A stretch of 62,820 nucleotides of DNA, filler included, from Choristocarpus tenellus KU-1152 (GCA_964200185.2; 8 parts of 8 records of this genome joined end to end with filler, not necessarily neighbours in it), one strand, 5' to 3'; positions 1 to 11,974 are shown, counted from the first letter of the whole stretch. Program-made: numbers and translations. Notes: generated by a model from the letters alone, not told the origin.

Positions 1-165
1 GGGGGGGGGGGGGGTCTACACCAGGGTGTCCATTTGCGCCCTGACCAGGAAAGGTGCACTTACATTGTCCATTCGATACATAAAACAATATCACCCAAAA
101 AATGCGATATGGAAAAATGGGCCCCAAATGGACAGCCGCCACCCCCCCCCCAGATACTTTGAGCC
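1..165 (+). mobile_element. MITE family A copy (left TIR cut by window start)
   Basis: Poly-G + TCTACACCAGGGTGTCCATTTG ... CAAATGGACAGCCGCC-polyC-AGATACTTTGAGCC; same body as 25300, 33501, 37230, 55893. Confidence 0.9.
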
Positions 166-392
166 AGCAACCTGGTGATGTTGAAATGGTCGAGGACCAT
201 GGGCTTGGCTATGTTCGAATTTGGTTGTACATGGCTGGCCAGCGACCTCAGTCGCATTGTGTATTGACGGCCTTGGACTCCGCCATATTGGAATACTGTA
301 TCTATTGCCGACCAAGTAGTATTTTTATTACCTTGGGCCGGCCACGTCATAGTCATGCCTCCCTCTTTACCGTTTGCTCTACTAACTACTGA

Positions 393-623
393 ATGCAATT
401 TAGTCTCAGCACCTTCGCAGTGGAACGTTTACGGTACCTTGGTAAGCAAGCAGGAAGTTTCGTGGATAAGATAGCCACACACACGGTAGGAGGAAGAGGG
501 GCGGGAGGATATTGGAGCAAAGGGGATGTCAAGTCCCGCTTAGGACAGATATTGTCCATCACTGCACAAGTGACTCTCTCAAGACATGCCATGTGTTTCA
601 ACTTAGAAACCACAAGCAGATGA
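393..623 (+). mobile_element. Degenerate C-terminal (RLE endonuclease-side) fragment of a CRE/R2-like non-LTR retrotransposon
   Basis: FAVERLRYLGKQAGSFVDKIATH...KSRLGQILSITAQVTLSR resembles the (L/F)AVE.FG.LG....F...LA......L.Q..S...Q..... tail of RLE-type non-LTR elements. Recognised from memory. Confidence 0.5.
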
Positions 624-1434
624 GCAAAAAGGGGCAAGTCAGATTCTTGGGATGCTTTCCTAGCACCCTGCCCACCTTTGTAGGGCTAACATAGGTTAGA
701 GGCACAGCAGCAGTGTACAGATTACATTGTAATTTCCGACCTTTAAGGGAGCATTGTTATGTAGCCAGTAATCAAAGTAGCAATGATTTTTGGAAAGACA
801 TGTTTTACCTCAACCCGAACTGTCACTTTTACAGGAGTCCTTGTGATCTGCTTTTCCCTCATACATTGGCAAAAATTCAAGCACTCCAATATCGTTGGAT
901 GCTCTCAGCTTGATAAGTTCATAATAATATAGTGTCTATAATTCTTGAAATTAATATTTACTCTGGAGTATTTATCATTTTCTTTTTTTCTTTTTTAGAT
1001 AATACTATTAATTCTCAAAATTGAATACAAATACATTGTTGTGTATCTGGTGTTTGGATGACTGAGGTGATTTGTGACTTCAAAACGTATTCTCTATACA
1101 CTTTACCTTAGCACTCATACGTGAAGAGTCAATCCGTAAATTGTAAACATTTAAAGAAAGGTAAAATTCGGACATACCTGCCTTTTTGGTATCATTTGTT
1201 CCTTATGATTTCGAATCAAGAACGTGCAGAGATTAGTTGAAAGAGTACCATCCATTAAGCACATACTGCAATATAACTTTACCTCCAGCATGCACATGCA
1301 ACCAACCGTTTTTCATTGTTGGACTAGTACAACATGAGGTGAACATGGTGCGGACATGCCAGAAAAAAGTTTGATAGGTTGGCTGGGAGACACTGACCAC
1401 TATATTTCCCAGTGGAAATAATCTCGACGTGTTA

Positions 1435-1700
1435 GACCCATAGTATCCCAGGGGGGGGTCAGGTGTTCATTTGGGGCATTTATTAAACCTGGAGTGATTT
1501 CCATGACATATATGAGTGAGCGTGCGAAATGTACAGACAGTTTCCTTCATCTGAAAGCAACTTCCTGTTCCATCCCACCTGACTGAACCAAATGTGAAAA
1601 AAAACACTAAAAAAACAGGTATCAAACTGGGGAATCTTGTAATACCCCATTAAGCCTCGAGTAGACAACCTGACCTAAACATGGACAGGGGCATGCCAAA
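1435..1700 (+). mobile_element. MITE family H copy (old, right end eroded)
   Basis: Starts GACCCATAGTATCCCAGGGGGGG; colinear similarity to 25762-26034 (e.g. ACCAAATGTGAA, GGTATCAAACTGGGG vs GGCATCAAACTGAGG). Confidence 0.65.
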
Positions 1701-3488
1701 TAATTGTGGGAACGGTTAGGCCAGTGGACAGGACTGTTTTAATTTCCTAACTCAGTGAAAAGCCCTGCAAATAACCATGGGAGGTCATAGAGTTGTAGGC
1801 TGGATGGCTCACGGGGGAGAATGCTCATGACAACGAGGCTGAGAGTGACGCCCAGAGCATGGAGTTGTCGGACAGGTGGGAGGAACATTGTCCGAATCTT
1901 GGGCTGGAGAAGGACACGGTGGGAACACCACTAATACTAGGAGTATAAACTGTGATTAATGATGGACTCGCAGTCAAAACATTGAAAGTAGTTGGAAGTT
2001 GAGCATTGTCTAATGGTGAATATATATATCTTAGTATACCCCGGCTAATGCTCTCTGGATATTCACAAGTTCCTTGTGTGATGTATTATATGCAAAAATG
2101 CTTTTTTGGGCCACCTAGGGTGGGTTTGGACCTAACGTTAGGGTTAGGATTATGTGGTCTGGCAAAAGTTTGGTAACACGTGCCTTGAAACTTATTTTCG
2201 TGTGGGGGTTGCTAGTACTACCGATGTTGTTAGTCCGGGATATTCATATTGTATATTTGCTTTTCTTGTACCTATGGATAAAGGGCTGCTGATATACTAT
2301 GTAACACGCTATTGTGTCAGGTCTAATTTGATTCCCACGCTGCATCTAGTCCTTGTTCATTTGCCATGCTTCTACACATTCCTTCTTCGTCATTTGTACT
2401 TCGATTTCTCAACAAGATTGCTGCAAACCGCACCGTCTGATTACCACCCATACTGGAGTGGATACTGCCTTTTCCTACTTCATTTGTTCTGGGTTGTGGT
2501 GCTAGTAGTTGCGATTGAAAGTGAATAATGGTGGTTGTTCTTTCAGTCTAACACAATTACATATCATGGTGGTAGTATGATTGGCGGTGGTGTTTGTTTC
2601 TATAGCTCAAACCACTGTAGTAAGAGGTAGTGCTGGAATATTTTACTTGCGCAGTTGTATCGTCCGTACAAGGTAGCAGTTCCTACCATCATTATATGCA
2701 ATGGAACTGGTAGTACGCCCACCGTTATATCAGCTAACTGCTGTGTGCAGGGTATTGAAGACGTCTAAGCTATTGTCGTTTCTATTTTCCTCCTAAACGC
2801 TACCCTTTCTCTTTCTGCTGGTTTCTTGTCCTCAGACCTCTCTAGAAATTTATGGTTACTGAACGCTACCGCAAAGAGGATCTGTCGAGGTTCACACTCC
2901 CTACACTTTGAGGGAGCAGATATACAGGATAGCATGAGATGCGCGCCAGATTGAAGAACTATCTGGGGTGCCGATATATAGGTTCAATATGCACCCAAGC
3001 CAGGCAAAGGGCAGTTGTAGATTCCACACTATCATGAATGCTCTCAGGAACAATAAGGTGACACACTATAACGAACACGGTCTGCCCGACATTGATACTC
3101 CTTCAACCCTATATCATACCCTTACTTCCGGAATCTCGCTTGTCCCTTTTTTTTGCAATGAACAAGTGAATGTTGTAACTATCCGCCTGTTGCAGACACC
3201 GCCTATTGATTATGAATCATATCACTCCATCGCCAATTTTTTTTATCGTGTTTTCTATACCTTTCTTTGTGTCTCCAGACAACGCTAAACAAATCTGAAG
3301 AGCTGCAGAAGCTACGTAGCCACTTGGCTGACGCACTGATTGCCTAGATTGTTGACGATTACACTTCCGCTGTGGCTGGTTTGGAACTCACGGACTTTCA
3401 TTTTGAACAACTCTACATTGAGAGGGCGAATTGCTTGAGGGTTGGAATAAAGACCGGGAAGCGCAAAAGGCACTGGAGTAATACTCAA

Positions 3489-3745
3489 GAGCCAAAGTAT
3501 CTTAGAGGGTAGAGCCGCGTCCATTAGAGGTCAAATTTCAATGTTGCGATTTTGATGAAATTTTGGCTATCGTGTTTGTTAGGAAGTGTCAACATCCATG
3601 TTCCGGGCACACCTTTTGATAACATACACATTTTACTTACAACTTAACATTTTGGGGTAGGAAAATGTCATAAAACCCCCGAGGGAAGACAAGCTCCAAA
3701 TGGACAAAAAGGGCAAAACTCGTACCCTCTAAGATACTTTCACTC
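3489..3745 (+). mobile_element. MITE family B copy, 4-bp TSD TCAA
   Basis: TIRs GAGCCAAAGTATCTTAGAGGGTA / TACCCTCTAAGATACTTTCACTC; TCAA on both flanks. Confidence 0.95.
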
Positions 3746-3945
3746 TCAACATCGCCATCTCCTCCTTTGGATCATTGATGACAGGTTTGTTGATCCTAAC
3801 ACATACCTGAAGGTGGAAGTCCTGGGAGTTGTGGCAAGTATCTGCTACATCTGAATGTTGTTGTCTGGGAGGATGATGGTGTTCAGCAACATGATGGACA
3901 ACAACCCCTCAAGGTGCATCATGTTAAGCAATTTGTTGGGAGAAT

Positions 3946-4194
3946 AAGTTAAAGTAAACGAGAAGTACTGAGAGTTGCATTTTAAGGATGCTGACAAACG
4001 TACAAAATTCGTCTCTTTTTACAAATTGGTATAAGATATTTTCTGAATCGCGTCGAAAATTTTCAAGCAATATGGAAATCAATGTTCTAAAGTCAAACTT
4101 AGCACTTCATAGAAATATGGGCGAATTGGGAAAGATTAAAAAACTGTCCTAAAATGCAGAACAGGAAAAACCTGGGTACCTTTTGTTTAGGCTT
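3946..4194 (+). mobile_element. MITE family D copy
   Basis: AAAGTAAACGAGAAGTAC...GTTGCATTTTAAGGATGCTGACAAA ... CTGGGTACC; homologous to 5032, 18190, 32665, 52222. Confidence 0.85.
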
Positions 4195-4244
4195 AATGGT
4201 GCATGCACCATAAGGAGCTGGTAGTACATGCCAAATGTAGTATA

Positions 4245-4499
4245 GAGCCAAACCAATTCGGAGGTATGCCAGGTTACATTGTAGGGATCCCGAGAAAGTC
4301 AAAAAGAAGTTATTCTGTCTAATTGCAGAAAGAACCTTTGCTAAATTGTGGTGACTCTTTGTGTGTGGAATTAGGGAGTATAATGTTTTCGTACACTATT
4401 GTGTATATAAAGCAATGAAATAGTGTATTGCACAGGATAAACAAATGATTTAGAGTGCAAAAAGGTCCAAACCTCCCTACCTCTCAATTCGATAGGCTC
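4245..4499 (+). mobile_element. MITE family C copy
   Basis: GAGCCAAACCAATTCGGAGGTA ... CCTACCTCTCAATTCGATAGGCTC; body matches 8671, 15197, 29656, 38429. Confidence 0.9.
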
Positions 4500-5031
4500 A
4501 AAGGAACCTGAGGCCAAGGGGTGAGGATAGCACAGACCGGTCATGAATGAGTTTAGGTCACTTGGACTTGCTAGAGCCCAAGTAAGTTGTTGAAGTATAT
4601 CGAATTACACAATTGGGCTCGTATGGTGTACTAATTGTTATAATGATCATATTGGATTCTTTTCGCACCACTACTAGGCAGTTACAGAGAAGCTGTATAT
4701 ATTGTTCAAATTATTTTTGTGTGTTCGAAGTAGTAGTAGTAGCAGCAGCAGCAGTGTGCACAAAACATTGTAATTACCAACCCTAAGGGAGTGTTGTAGT
4801 ATAGCTGGAATTTTAATGTTGAATATTGTATGGAGAGGCATCTTTCATATTTATGGCAACAGTAACTTTTGCCATGACCATTGTGACTTTTTCTCTGGCA
4901 CATAAGCGAAATGTCAGAGGTCATAAACAATACTTCCTCTGTTCGGAATTAATTGTAGCGTAGCTTTTTTTACAGCCCTGATGAAGAAGCAATTTTTTTT
5001 GCACATGTTCGTATTTGTTTATGGGTGTATT

Positions 5032-5295
5032 GCGCCAAACTAAAAAGAGAGGTACCCAGATTTCGACCATTTTTCATTCTAAGCCAATCTTTTTCGATCT
5101 TCTGCAATTCACCCGTATTTCTTTGGTTGAAGTGCTAAGATTGATTTGAAACCGTTGATTTCTCTATTGCTTGAAAAAAGTGGCAGAATTTAGAAAATTA
5201 TCCTGTACACATTTGTATCAAAATTCGAATTTTGCTCAAATTTTCAGCATCCTCAAAATGCAACTCTTCTGGGTACCTCTCGTTTACTTTGGCTC
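5032..5295 (-). mobile_element. MITE family D copy, reverse orientation
   Basis: TIRs ...GAGAGGTACCCAG / CTGGGTACCTCTCGTTTACTTTGGCTC; reverse complement of the 3946 body. Confidence 0.88.
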
Positions 5296-5399
5296 ATTGT
5301 GTAGACACTAAAATGTTGCTTACCAAATTCTCAGGGAAAATGGGGTAGCCTATATCAATCTCTATGTTTCCGCCCCTGAAGATCTCCAATACTACATTG

Positions 5400-5935
5400 C
5401 AGAGTGGTATTTTGCCGCATTCACCAGGGCATCCACTGGGGCATTCTGGGGTAGCCTGTCCCCCTTCTCAGCCTTTTCCCTGCTAAGATGGGAAATGTTG
5501 AAGACACTGTCACCCTTAAACCCCAGCATTTCACTGTAGACTGCAAAGAGGCTCTGCCAGACGACCTCTACTCTGTGTCCTGGGGATATACATCAAACAC
5601 CTCCGTTGTGGGCTACATCAGCTCCTCTGTGTCTTCCTTTAGTTGCTGGATAGAGTGAAAGAAACCCAGGTCCTTGACGGTGAGGTCGAGTGAGTTGACT
5701 GGTTGGAACTCTATGGTAGTCCCCAATCGCCCCCTCAATTGCCTCCATGATCTCCCCCTGTCTGGGACATGCAGGCCATCATTGCTGGGGCTAAGTCCTC
5801 GATCATGAGCTCCTCATACCTCTCTCCCTGTCCACCGTGGATGGCACAAGTACCTTGGTGCCCTTGGGGCGGTGTTTATTGGAGCTCTGAGCGGCCTTAG
5901 TGTCTACGATTGCCCACATCCCAATTTTCCTTCGA
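5400..5935 (-). pseudogene. Frameshifted Tc1/mariner (plant/oomycete DD39D-like) transposase fragment
   Basis: Minus-strand pieces KIGMWAIVDTKAAQSSNKHRPKGT, ERYEELMIEDLAPAM, QPVNSLDLTVKDLGFFHSIQ (cf. QPPNSPDLNVLDLGFF) and VWQSLFAVYSEMLGFKGDSVFNISH...RLP, in the expected order. Frameshifts and stops present; the QQDNA region is deleted. Confidence 0.85.
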
Positions 5936-6277
5936 AACACACAAAATAGGACAATAGTGAAGTGTACCTTATTTTGTGTATATGAGATTATTGTGTTGAA
6001 TTGAGTCCATGTGATGTAACTAATAAGATAGTACATCCGGATTATGTATGGGATTATGTATTGATATTTATTCCGCATTCAACTACTTTGACATAGCCGT
6101 TGACTTAGGTAGGAAGCACAAAAAATAATAAACAAGCAATGAGAAGACACCCCACAAAGGTCACTCTTCTAATTTCAACCATGTAATCACGTTGAGCAAA
6201 GGGGGTCGTGTGAGGCTTCACACCTTCTTATCTTCACTACTAATAAATAGCATTACCTCCAAAGGTAAATTTGCACA

Positions 6278-6289
6278 GGTTATGAGCCT
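6278..6289 (+). other. Primer-binding site of the Ty5/copia half-tRNAiMet type
   Basis: GGTTATGAGCC directly after an LTR-like CA end and just upstream of the gag remnant. Confidence 0.75.
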
Positions 6290-6806
6290 ACGTAGTATGG
6301 AGAAAAGGAGCAGGTGATGACATGAAGAAGTTGCCCAACTGGACTGGAGCACCAGCACGACCAGTGGAGACTTGGACAACATGGAGATTATATCTGGTGT
6401 TTATGTCAGCGAAAGGGTCTGTCAGACATTGTGCGGCGAAACTACGTCGTCCTGAACTCATGGAGACATTAACGGAACAGGAACGAATATCGCACGGAAA
6501 CTACGAAAGAGGAATAAATGAAGGATGCGTGGAGGACGAGATCCCCGTGTAGCTCAACGGAGGACGTGCGGAGGACGAGAGATTCCCGTGCAGCTCTTCA
6601 CAAGACCCGACATAAGCTACAGGAAGCTGAAACGGGCAATAGTATTATCATCGTCATCCCAACAAAGTGGACCTGCACCTTCGACACAAACGGGAAGCCT
6701 GAGGCTAAGGAGACATGAGATATGGTACGATCAATAACAAGCAAGAACTGGAGGTCAAGAGGATACTTTGGGTACCTGGTATGCCATGCCGAATATTGAA
6801 CAGGGC

Positions 6807-6831
6807 CTGAGCCTGAGCCTGAGCCTGAGCC
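6807..6831. repeat. (CTGAGC)4 microsatellite
   Basis: Seen directly. Confidence 0.9.
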
Positions 6832-7392
6832 ACAAGAATCTGCCTATGGACCTGGAGCATTCGTCACAACACTTGTCCCTGAAGGAGGGCATGCCCATCG
6901 ATTGGAGACCCCAAGATTCTTGCTTACGGAATATAAAACAAAACAAAACAATTGCTGTACCTGGCACTAGGGGAGCAGGACATTAGCAGGAGCAGAAACT
7001 AAGCCTCCACCAGAAGGGAAAGGAGGAGCTAACCACGGGGAGCCTGGGAGCACTCTAACCGCTGGGACCATAAATTCATGGAAGAGAACATAGAAGGTCA
7101 ACGGAGGAGGCGGCCAAGGTACAACTGATCAACGTACGGACCATATCACAACAAGATCCCCTACCTGAGATGAGATCAGAACCAACAGAAGAAGTTTAAA
7201 CTGTGGACTGATCAAGCATATTGGTCCTTGGTTCATTCGAAGGAATATGCTACAACAGCCCAATGGATCCATCGTAAAAGCTGCTAGGGCCATCGATGGC
7301 CTTAAGCAATCAGCAATGGAGAAGATGGTGTCGAATAACCTAGTGTTATCCTTACGTTGTTTGTGCTGACACAAGTATACAACATAGGTTAT

Positions 7393-7492
7393 NNNNNNNN
7401 NNNNNNNNNNNNNNNNNNNNNNNNNNNNNNNNNNNNTTAATTAATTAANNNNNNNNNNNNNNNNNNNNNNNNNNNNNNNNNNNNNNNNNNNN
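7393..7492. other. Artificial contig linker
   Basis: N44-TTAATTAATTAA-N44 (stops in all six frames). Confidence 0.99.
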
Positions 7493-7509
7493 CGTTTGCC
7501 TGCATAAAA

Positions 7510-7955
7510 AATCTAGAGATGACAACAGGGGGTACAAGGATTTCAAATCGCACTTCTGTTCTTTGGAAATGACCTAACCCTACACACGTGCATGAGGATT
7601 TGTTAGAAATAGTTAATTCAGTTATATCCGTTCTTACCAAAAAAATTTAAACCAAGCACGCACTTGATGGTCTCAAACGTTTCCAATTTCCATAAACATA
7701 AAGCCCACTTCCAGTTGGCACCGTACTATGTATTTAGTAATAAAACCGCTTTTTGGCGCCCTTAGAATTATTAAAAATTGAAGAGATGACAGAAGGGGAC
7801 CTTCTATTTTTGAAAGTGCATTCTATTTTTGAAAACTCAAGACAGCCAAACACGTGCGTTAGGGTTTCGAGAAATGGTAAAGATATTCTAATCTTTACAT
7901 CAACAAATACAGTTTCAAACCACATCGTTCATTGATGCACATGTTTGAAACGTAC
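7510..7955. repeat. Diverged direct tandem duplication, unit about 265 bp
   Basis: AGAGATGACA..AGGGG, ACACGTGC, AGAAAT, AAACCA, TTGATG and AAACGT recur in the same order at 7510-7690 and 7775-7955. Confidence 0.6.
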
Positions 7956-8670
7956 GAACACAAAAAGGTCACAAAAAATCATCTACTCTGTCTCTTTTCA
8001 GTATGAAATCGTATGCTGGTCGATATTCGTATTTATTATAACACAATTCTCAGTAGAAAGACGAATCTGAGTTTTGAAGACAGCCGACCAGATGAAATAA
8101 AGCAGCACCTCCATCCCTCAGTCCTCATTCCAATTCATTCCCTTCCGTACATACCATTCAAAAAAGGGCCCTAAAAAGGTTTTATAACATTTACAAAAAA
8201 AACATATGGGCACTTTCCGCGCACCATTTCGGTCTAACCCATCCTCCATGAAATGATCCATCCGCCATCATCATGATCCGCTGTTAGTTGTAGAAAATAA
8301 AATACATCTTGTGGCACAGGCATACACATACTCAAAAGCCAAAACACGCATCTTGTCACAAACCACTATTCAAAGCACCTGAACCCAGGAGTGAAAGTCC
8401 ACAATAGAGAATGAAATCGTCTCCCCAATATTCATACGATCTTGCAGCATTATAATTGCAATTCCGAAGTACACCTATTTAAGTAGTGTTGGCTCATACC
8501 ACTCCAGAGTATTATATTATGTGTTGTACAATATTTAACATCTGCTGGTACCAAGATACTGCAAACCACAACGTAATAATGCCTTGTCTACATAAGGGGG
8601 ACAGGTTGGACAAAGAAAAAGCATCCTACATGTGGTGCAAGGGTGCGATGATACAGAAATATCGCCAAAA

Positions 8671-8926
8671 GAGTCAAACCAATTGAGAGGTAGACAGGGT
8701 TGCGAATTAAGGATCTCAAGAAAGGGCCAAAACACACAATTTTGTACAATTGCAGAAAGAGTACTTGCCTAGTTATGGCGTCACTTTGTATGTGGAAAGG
8801 GGAATATCAATTTCGCCTACACTATTGTGCACATAAAGAAACGAAACAGTGTATTGCACGGAATAAGAAAGATGGCTGTGAATGCGAAAGGGTCCAAACC
8901 TACTTACCTCTCAATTGGTTTGCCTC
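8671..8926 (+). mobile_element. MITE family C copy, TSD AAAA
   Basis: TIRs GAGTCAAACCAATTGAGAGGTA / TACCTCTCAATTGGTTTGCCTC; AAAA on both flanks. Confidence 0.95.
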
Positions 8927-9091
8927 AAAACCCTTCATCCATCTTGAACCCGTCTTCCTACATTTAGTTTATCCTCCTCATATTATTTTATATGTAATCT
9001 AGTTCCACCTTTTTGCGACCTAACCCCTTGTGTCTTTCTTTGTTCTTTTCTCCTCAAATGCCTCAAATATTCCTTGACAAAGAGAGTCTAC

Positions 9092-9944
9092 CTACGGCTG
9101 CACCACAGGATGTGCACGAGAGATCTGCTTAAATATTGCTCTAGCTACGACAAAACCAGTTAAGGACCCAGCCAAAGATACCATACCAACCACGATCTGA
9201 ACAAAGCCAAAGGTACCAGCCAAACCAAAAGAATAGTAATGATTGATATGATATGCTCCAATGAAGTGCAAAGCTGCTACGAGGATCCCCAGTACCCCCC
9301 AACAAACGAATACAACCTGACTTTTGTTACAGCATGACACCACGCTGGCAATGGGGATTCCTATGCAAGCCGCCAATATTGAGGTGCCCGAATAATACCC
9401 TGTCGTAACAACTGCCAATGACTCTAATACCACCTGAATTATGGCAAGGTGTCGCGCTGACCTGAGCTGAGGAACGTCATCATTTCTGATCTGAGGCAGG
9501 ACAAGACGGAGTGCAGGTATTGACGAGTAATTCGCAACTCCTAGATGAGAATGAAAGAGAGAAACAAAAGCAGAATGGATGACGATGTTTTGCAGGAGAT
9601 GTCCAGAGAGACTGAAAACATTTCAACCTTGGTGTTGACCTATTGCCTGAATGGCAGCCAAGGGAGAGTCAGTCACATTAATTTAGTCCAACTCCAATCT
9701 GACTTACGGGGTAGCAGCATTGGCACTGCCTGTTCTCCTCCACAAAAACTTGTTGGGGAGCACTAGAAGCATTGTTGGCGATCTCTGATACAGCAACTAC
9801 TCCTGGTGTCTCCCTGATTGTTGTTTGGCGATGAGCACTTTTGTGAGGTGATCTCGGATCATCATCGCATACCACTTCAGCGCAGGCAAAAGGAAGGTGG
9901 GTCCCTTCATCTCTTTTTTCGCCTTTTCCTGAGAGTAAAGTCAT
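9092..9944 (-). CDS. Two-exon small four-transmembrane protein (about 211 aa; CD20/MS4A- or tetraspanin-like topology), exons 9944-9708 and 9490-9092
   Basis: Donor CCC|GTAAGT and acceptor cctcag|ATC join in phase 0: ...RQCQCCYP|IRNDDVPQLRSARHLAIIQVVLESLAVV..., followed by four hydrophobic segments. Confidence 0.7.
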
Positions 9945-10924
9945 GTATCCCTTCTCCCACTACCTGTTTCTCTCCTAACAATCGTAACTCCGTCCCCCTA
10001 TACACATACATCAAGAAGCATTCGTCGAGGGTTGTAGACTTTTCTTTGTGAGCATTAGACTTGTACCATAGTAGAAATTGGATAAATAGTAGTCCGAAGT
10101 GTAAGTTAGAAGAAGTAAGTTATCCATACTGTACAACGGTTACAATGATGGAATAAAGAACAATATTAGTAGAATTTGATATTATAATTGTGTAGTTGAA
10201 CATGGATGTATTGATTGTAGTTTGAACGTTCATTTATCTGTCGAATGTGGGAGGAATGCCCAAAGAATTTTGTCTTAGTTCTGGTCAAGGACAGGGAAAT
10301 CGTTCACTTCTCTCTAGCTAAGCTCAGAAGCACACCCAATCATAGTCCTCTCTCTTTGCTGAGGACACATCAATCGTACACCTCTCTTTTGTTCATCACT
10401 CAAGCCCACCCAGTCATGCGCCTCTCGCTTAGGTGAACACAGACGGTGCGAACCATACACCTAGGATATGATAGTCCATCATGTACCTCTCAAAATGATG
10501 AACAGAGATTAAAAAATGGTAACACGTCCCACAGGATGGATTTTCAGGCGACCGTAAGTACGAACCGTTCAAGAAGCTTGTGGAGGTGGTTCGACTTGAA
10601 CTCGAATACGACAGCGAATTCGCAGGTACATTCAAGTGTGAAGGGAGGTGTTCTTGTAGTTTTAAGGTTAGCCTTTTGCTCATCGTTGGTGCTGCGAGGG
10701 ATGCTTAAAATGTTATATACAGCATTTTATTATCCTTTTCCCTCCATCCACGTCGGTATTGCTGTAGGGATACGCACCCCGTCTGGCTCCATATGCGTAG
10801 AGTCTCCGGTAGCCAAGTGTATATGCTATCTGGCTGGAGTTAGTTACCTGTTCCTCATGTGTTCACGACGTACCTACAACACTTTTTTACGATACCATTT
10901 GGAGAGTCGGTAATGTCGTGAACA

Positions 10925-11860
10925 TTACCGAGCCAGTCGGGCAGATGGAATTCCCAAGAATGATGGAAGATTGTGACCAGCTTTCAGGAAAGCAATAATT
11001 TTCCACTCCAACCTCGATCGGTTTAGGATTAGGATTTCGAGCTCTGTACTGTCCAACCGGACGCAATGTGTTTTCCTAGCACTAGCCTGTTCTCGAACTA
11101 ATCCCATTCTGCACCTTCCCCACTTTCATGTGTCCTGGAGGCAAAGAACTGTGGTTAGAGCCTTAGACAGATTGCTCATTGAGGCCCTTGCCCTATGCTG
11201 GGTAGACACCGTGAACGTAGTGAGACACTGTCCAGGACGCAAGCTGGGGGACGGTCTTAACTGCCCAGCCAGTTGTGTCACCAACCTACTGTATGCTGGT
11301 CCCTTCGTGTCTACTCCAGAGTCAACAAAAAACGTAAACACTTTTAACTTCTTGGGGATTGCGACACCAATTGCTGCATTACCTTTCGGATAATTTGTCG
11401 TTGGAGATAATCCTTACCCTTAATCGGACAAGCTTTCACTCCCTATCATCAAAGTGGCCTTGATGAGGATTGGAAAATTTTCAACATTCCTTGAGTAGGT
11501 GTAGCATCAAAGAAGAACAAACGTTTGGGTAGGTTAGGGGTCATTGGAGGATCCCTTGGAAATCATTTGAGGGTTTCCTCTGCAAGGCGTCATGAGCTAA
11601 TTCAGGCTATCTTCCACCTGCACGAAAACTGCGTTGATGGGGGGGTTAGTCCGAAAAAGATTTTATATAGAGACTTTGGATGTTCAAAAAACCCTTCCCA
11701 ATATGGATGGAGCTTGGGGGTTGGGCTCTGAATTCCTTGTAGGGTTGGACTATGGCCACCCCTCAGAAAAGGTGGAAGTACTTCAGCGCCAAGTATCGAG
11801 AGAGGTGGTGGGAGCTTGTGGCTTGTGACATTCAGCTCACAACGACGAAAGTTTTGCTAA
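10925..11860 (-). mobile_element. Possible decayed Ty3/gypsy-like gag-protease remnant (intronic)
   Basis: Minus frame KLKVFTFFVDSGVD resembles the retroviral aspartic protease hhDSG motif; surrounding frames are broken. Confidence 0.3.
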
Positions 11861-11974
11861 TCTGTGCAAGTGACACAGTAGAGAGGATGAAATTGTTGGC
11901 GTGACTTACATTTTGTCTGTGGTATGATGTACCGTTATGCTTGAGGAGGGACCAGGTGGGGATGTTTAGTTAGA

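Larger units (their letters stand above)
5994..7328 (+). mobile_element. Decayed, internally deleted Ty1/copia LTR retrotransposon (5' LTR, PBS, gag remnant, RT remnant)
   Basis: ...GCACA|GGTTATGAGCCT PBS at 6278; gag-like broken frames 6322-6720; RT motif IVKAARAIDGLKQSAME (cf. KA(I/L)YGLKQS) at about 7265-7321. LTR start at TGTTGAA (5994) is tentative. Confidence 0.75.

Noticed and set aside
2230-3300. Diverged duplicate motif (RLLQTAPSDY vs RLLQTPPIDY) and Cys-rich broken frames
   Set aside because: Probably decayed TE sequence, too short and degenerate to assign.
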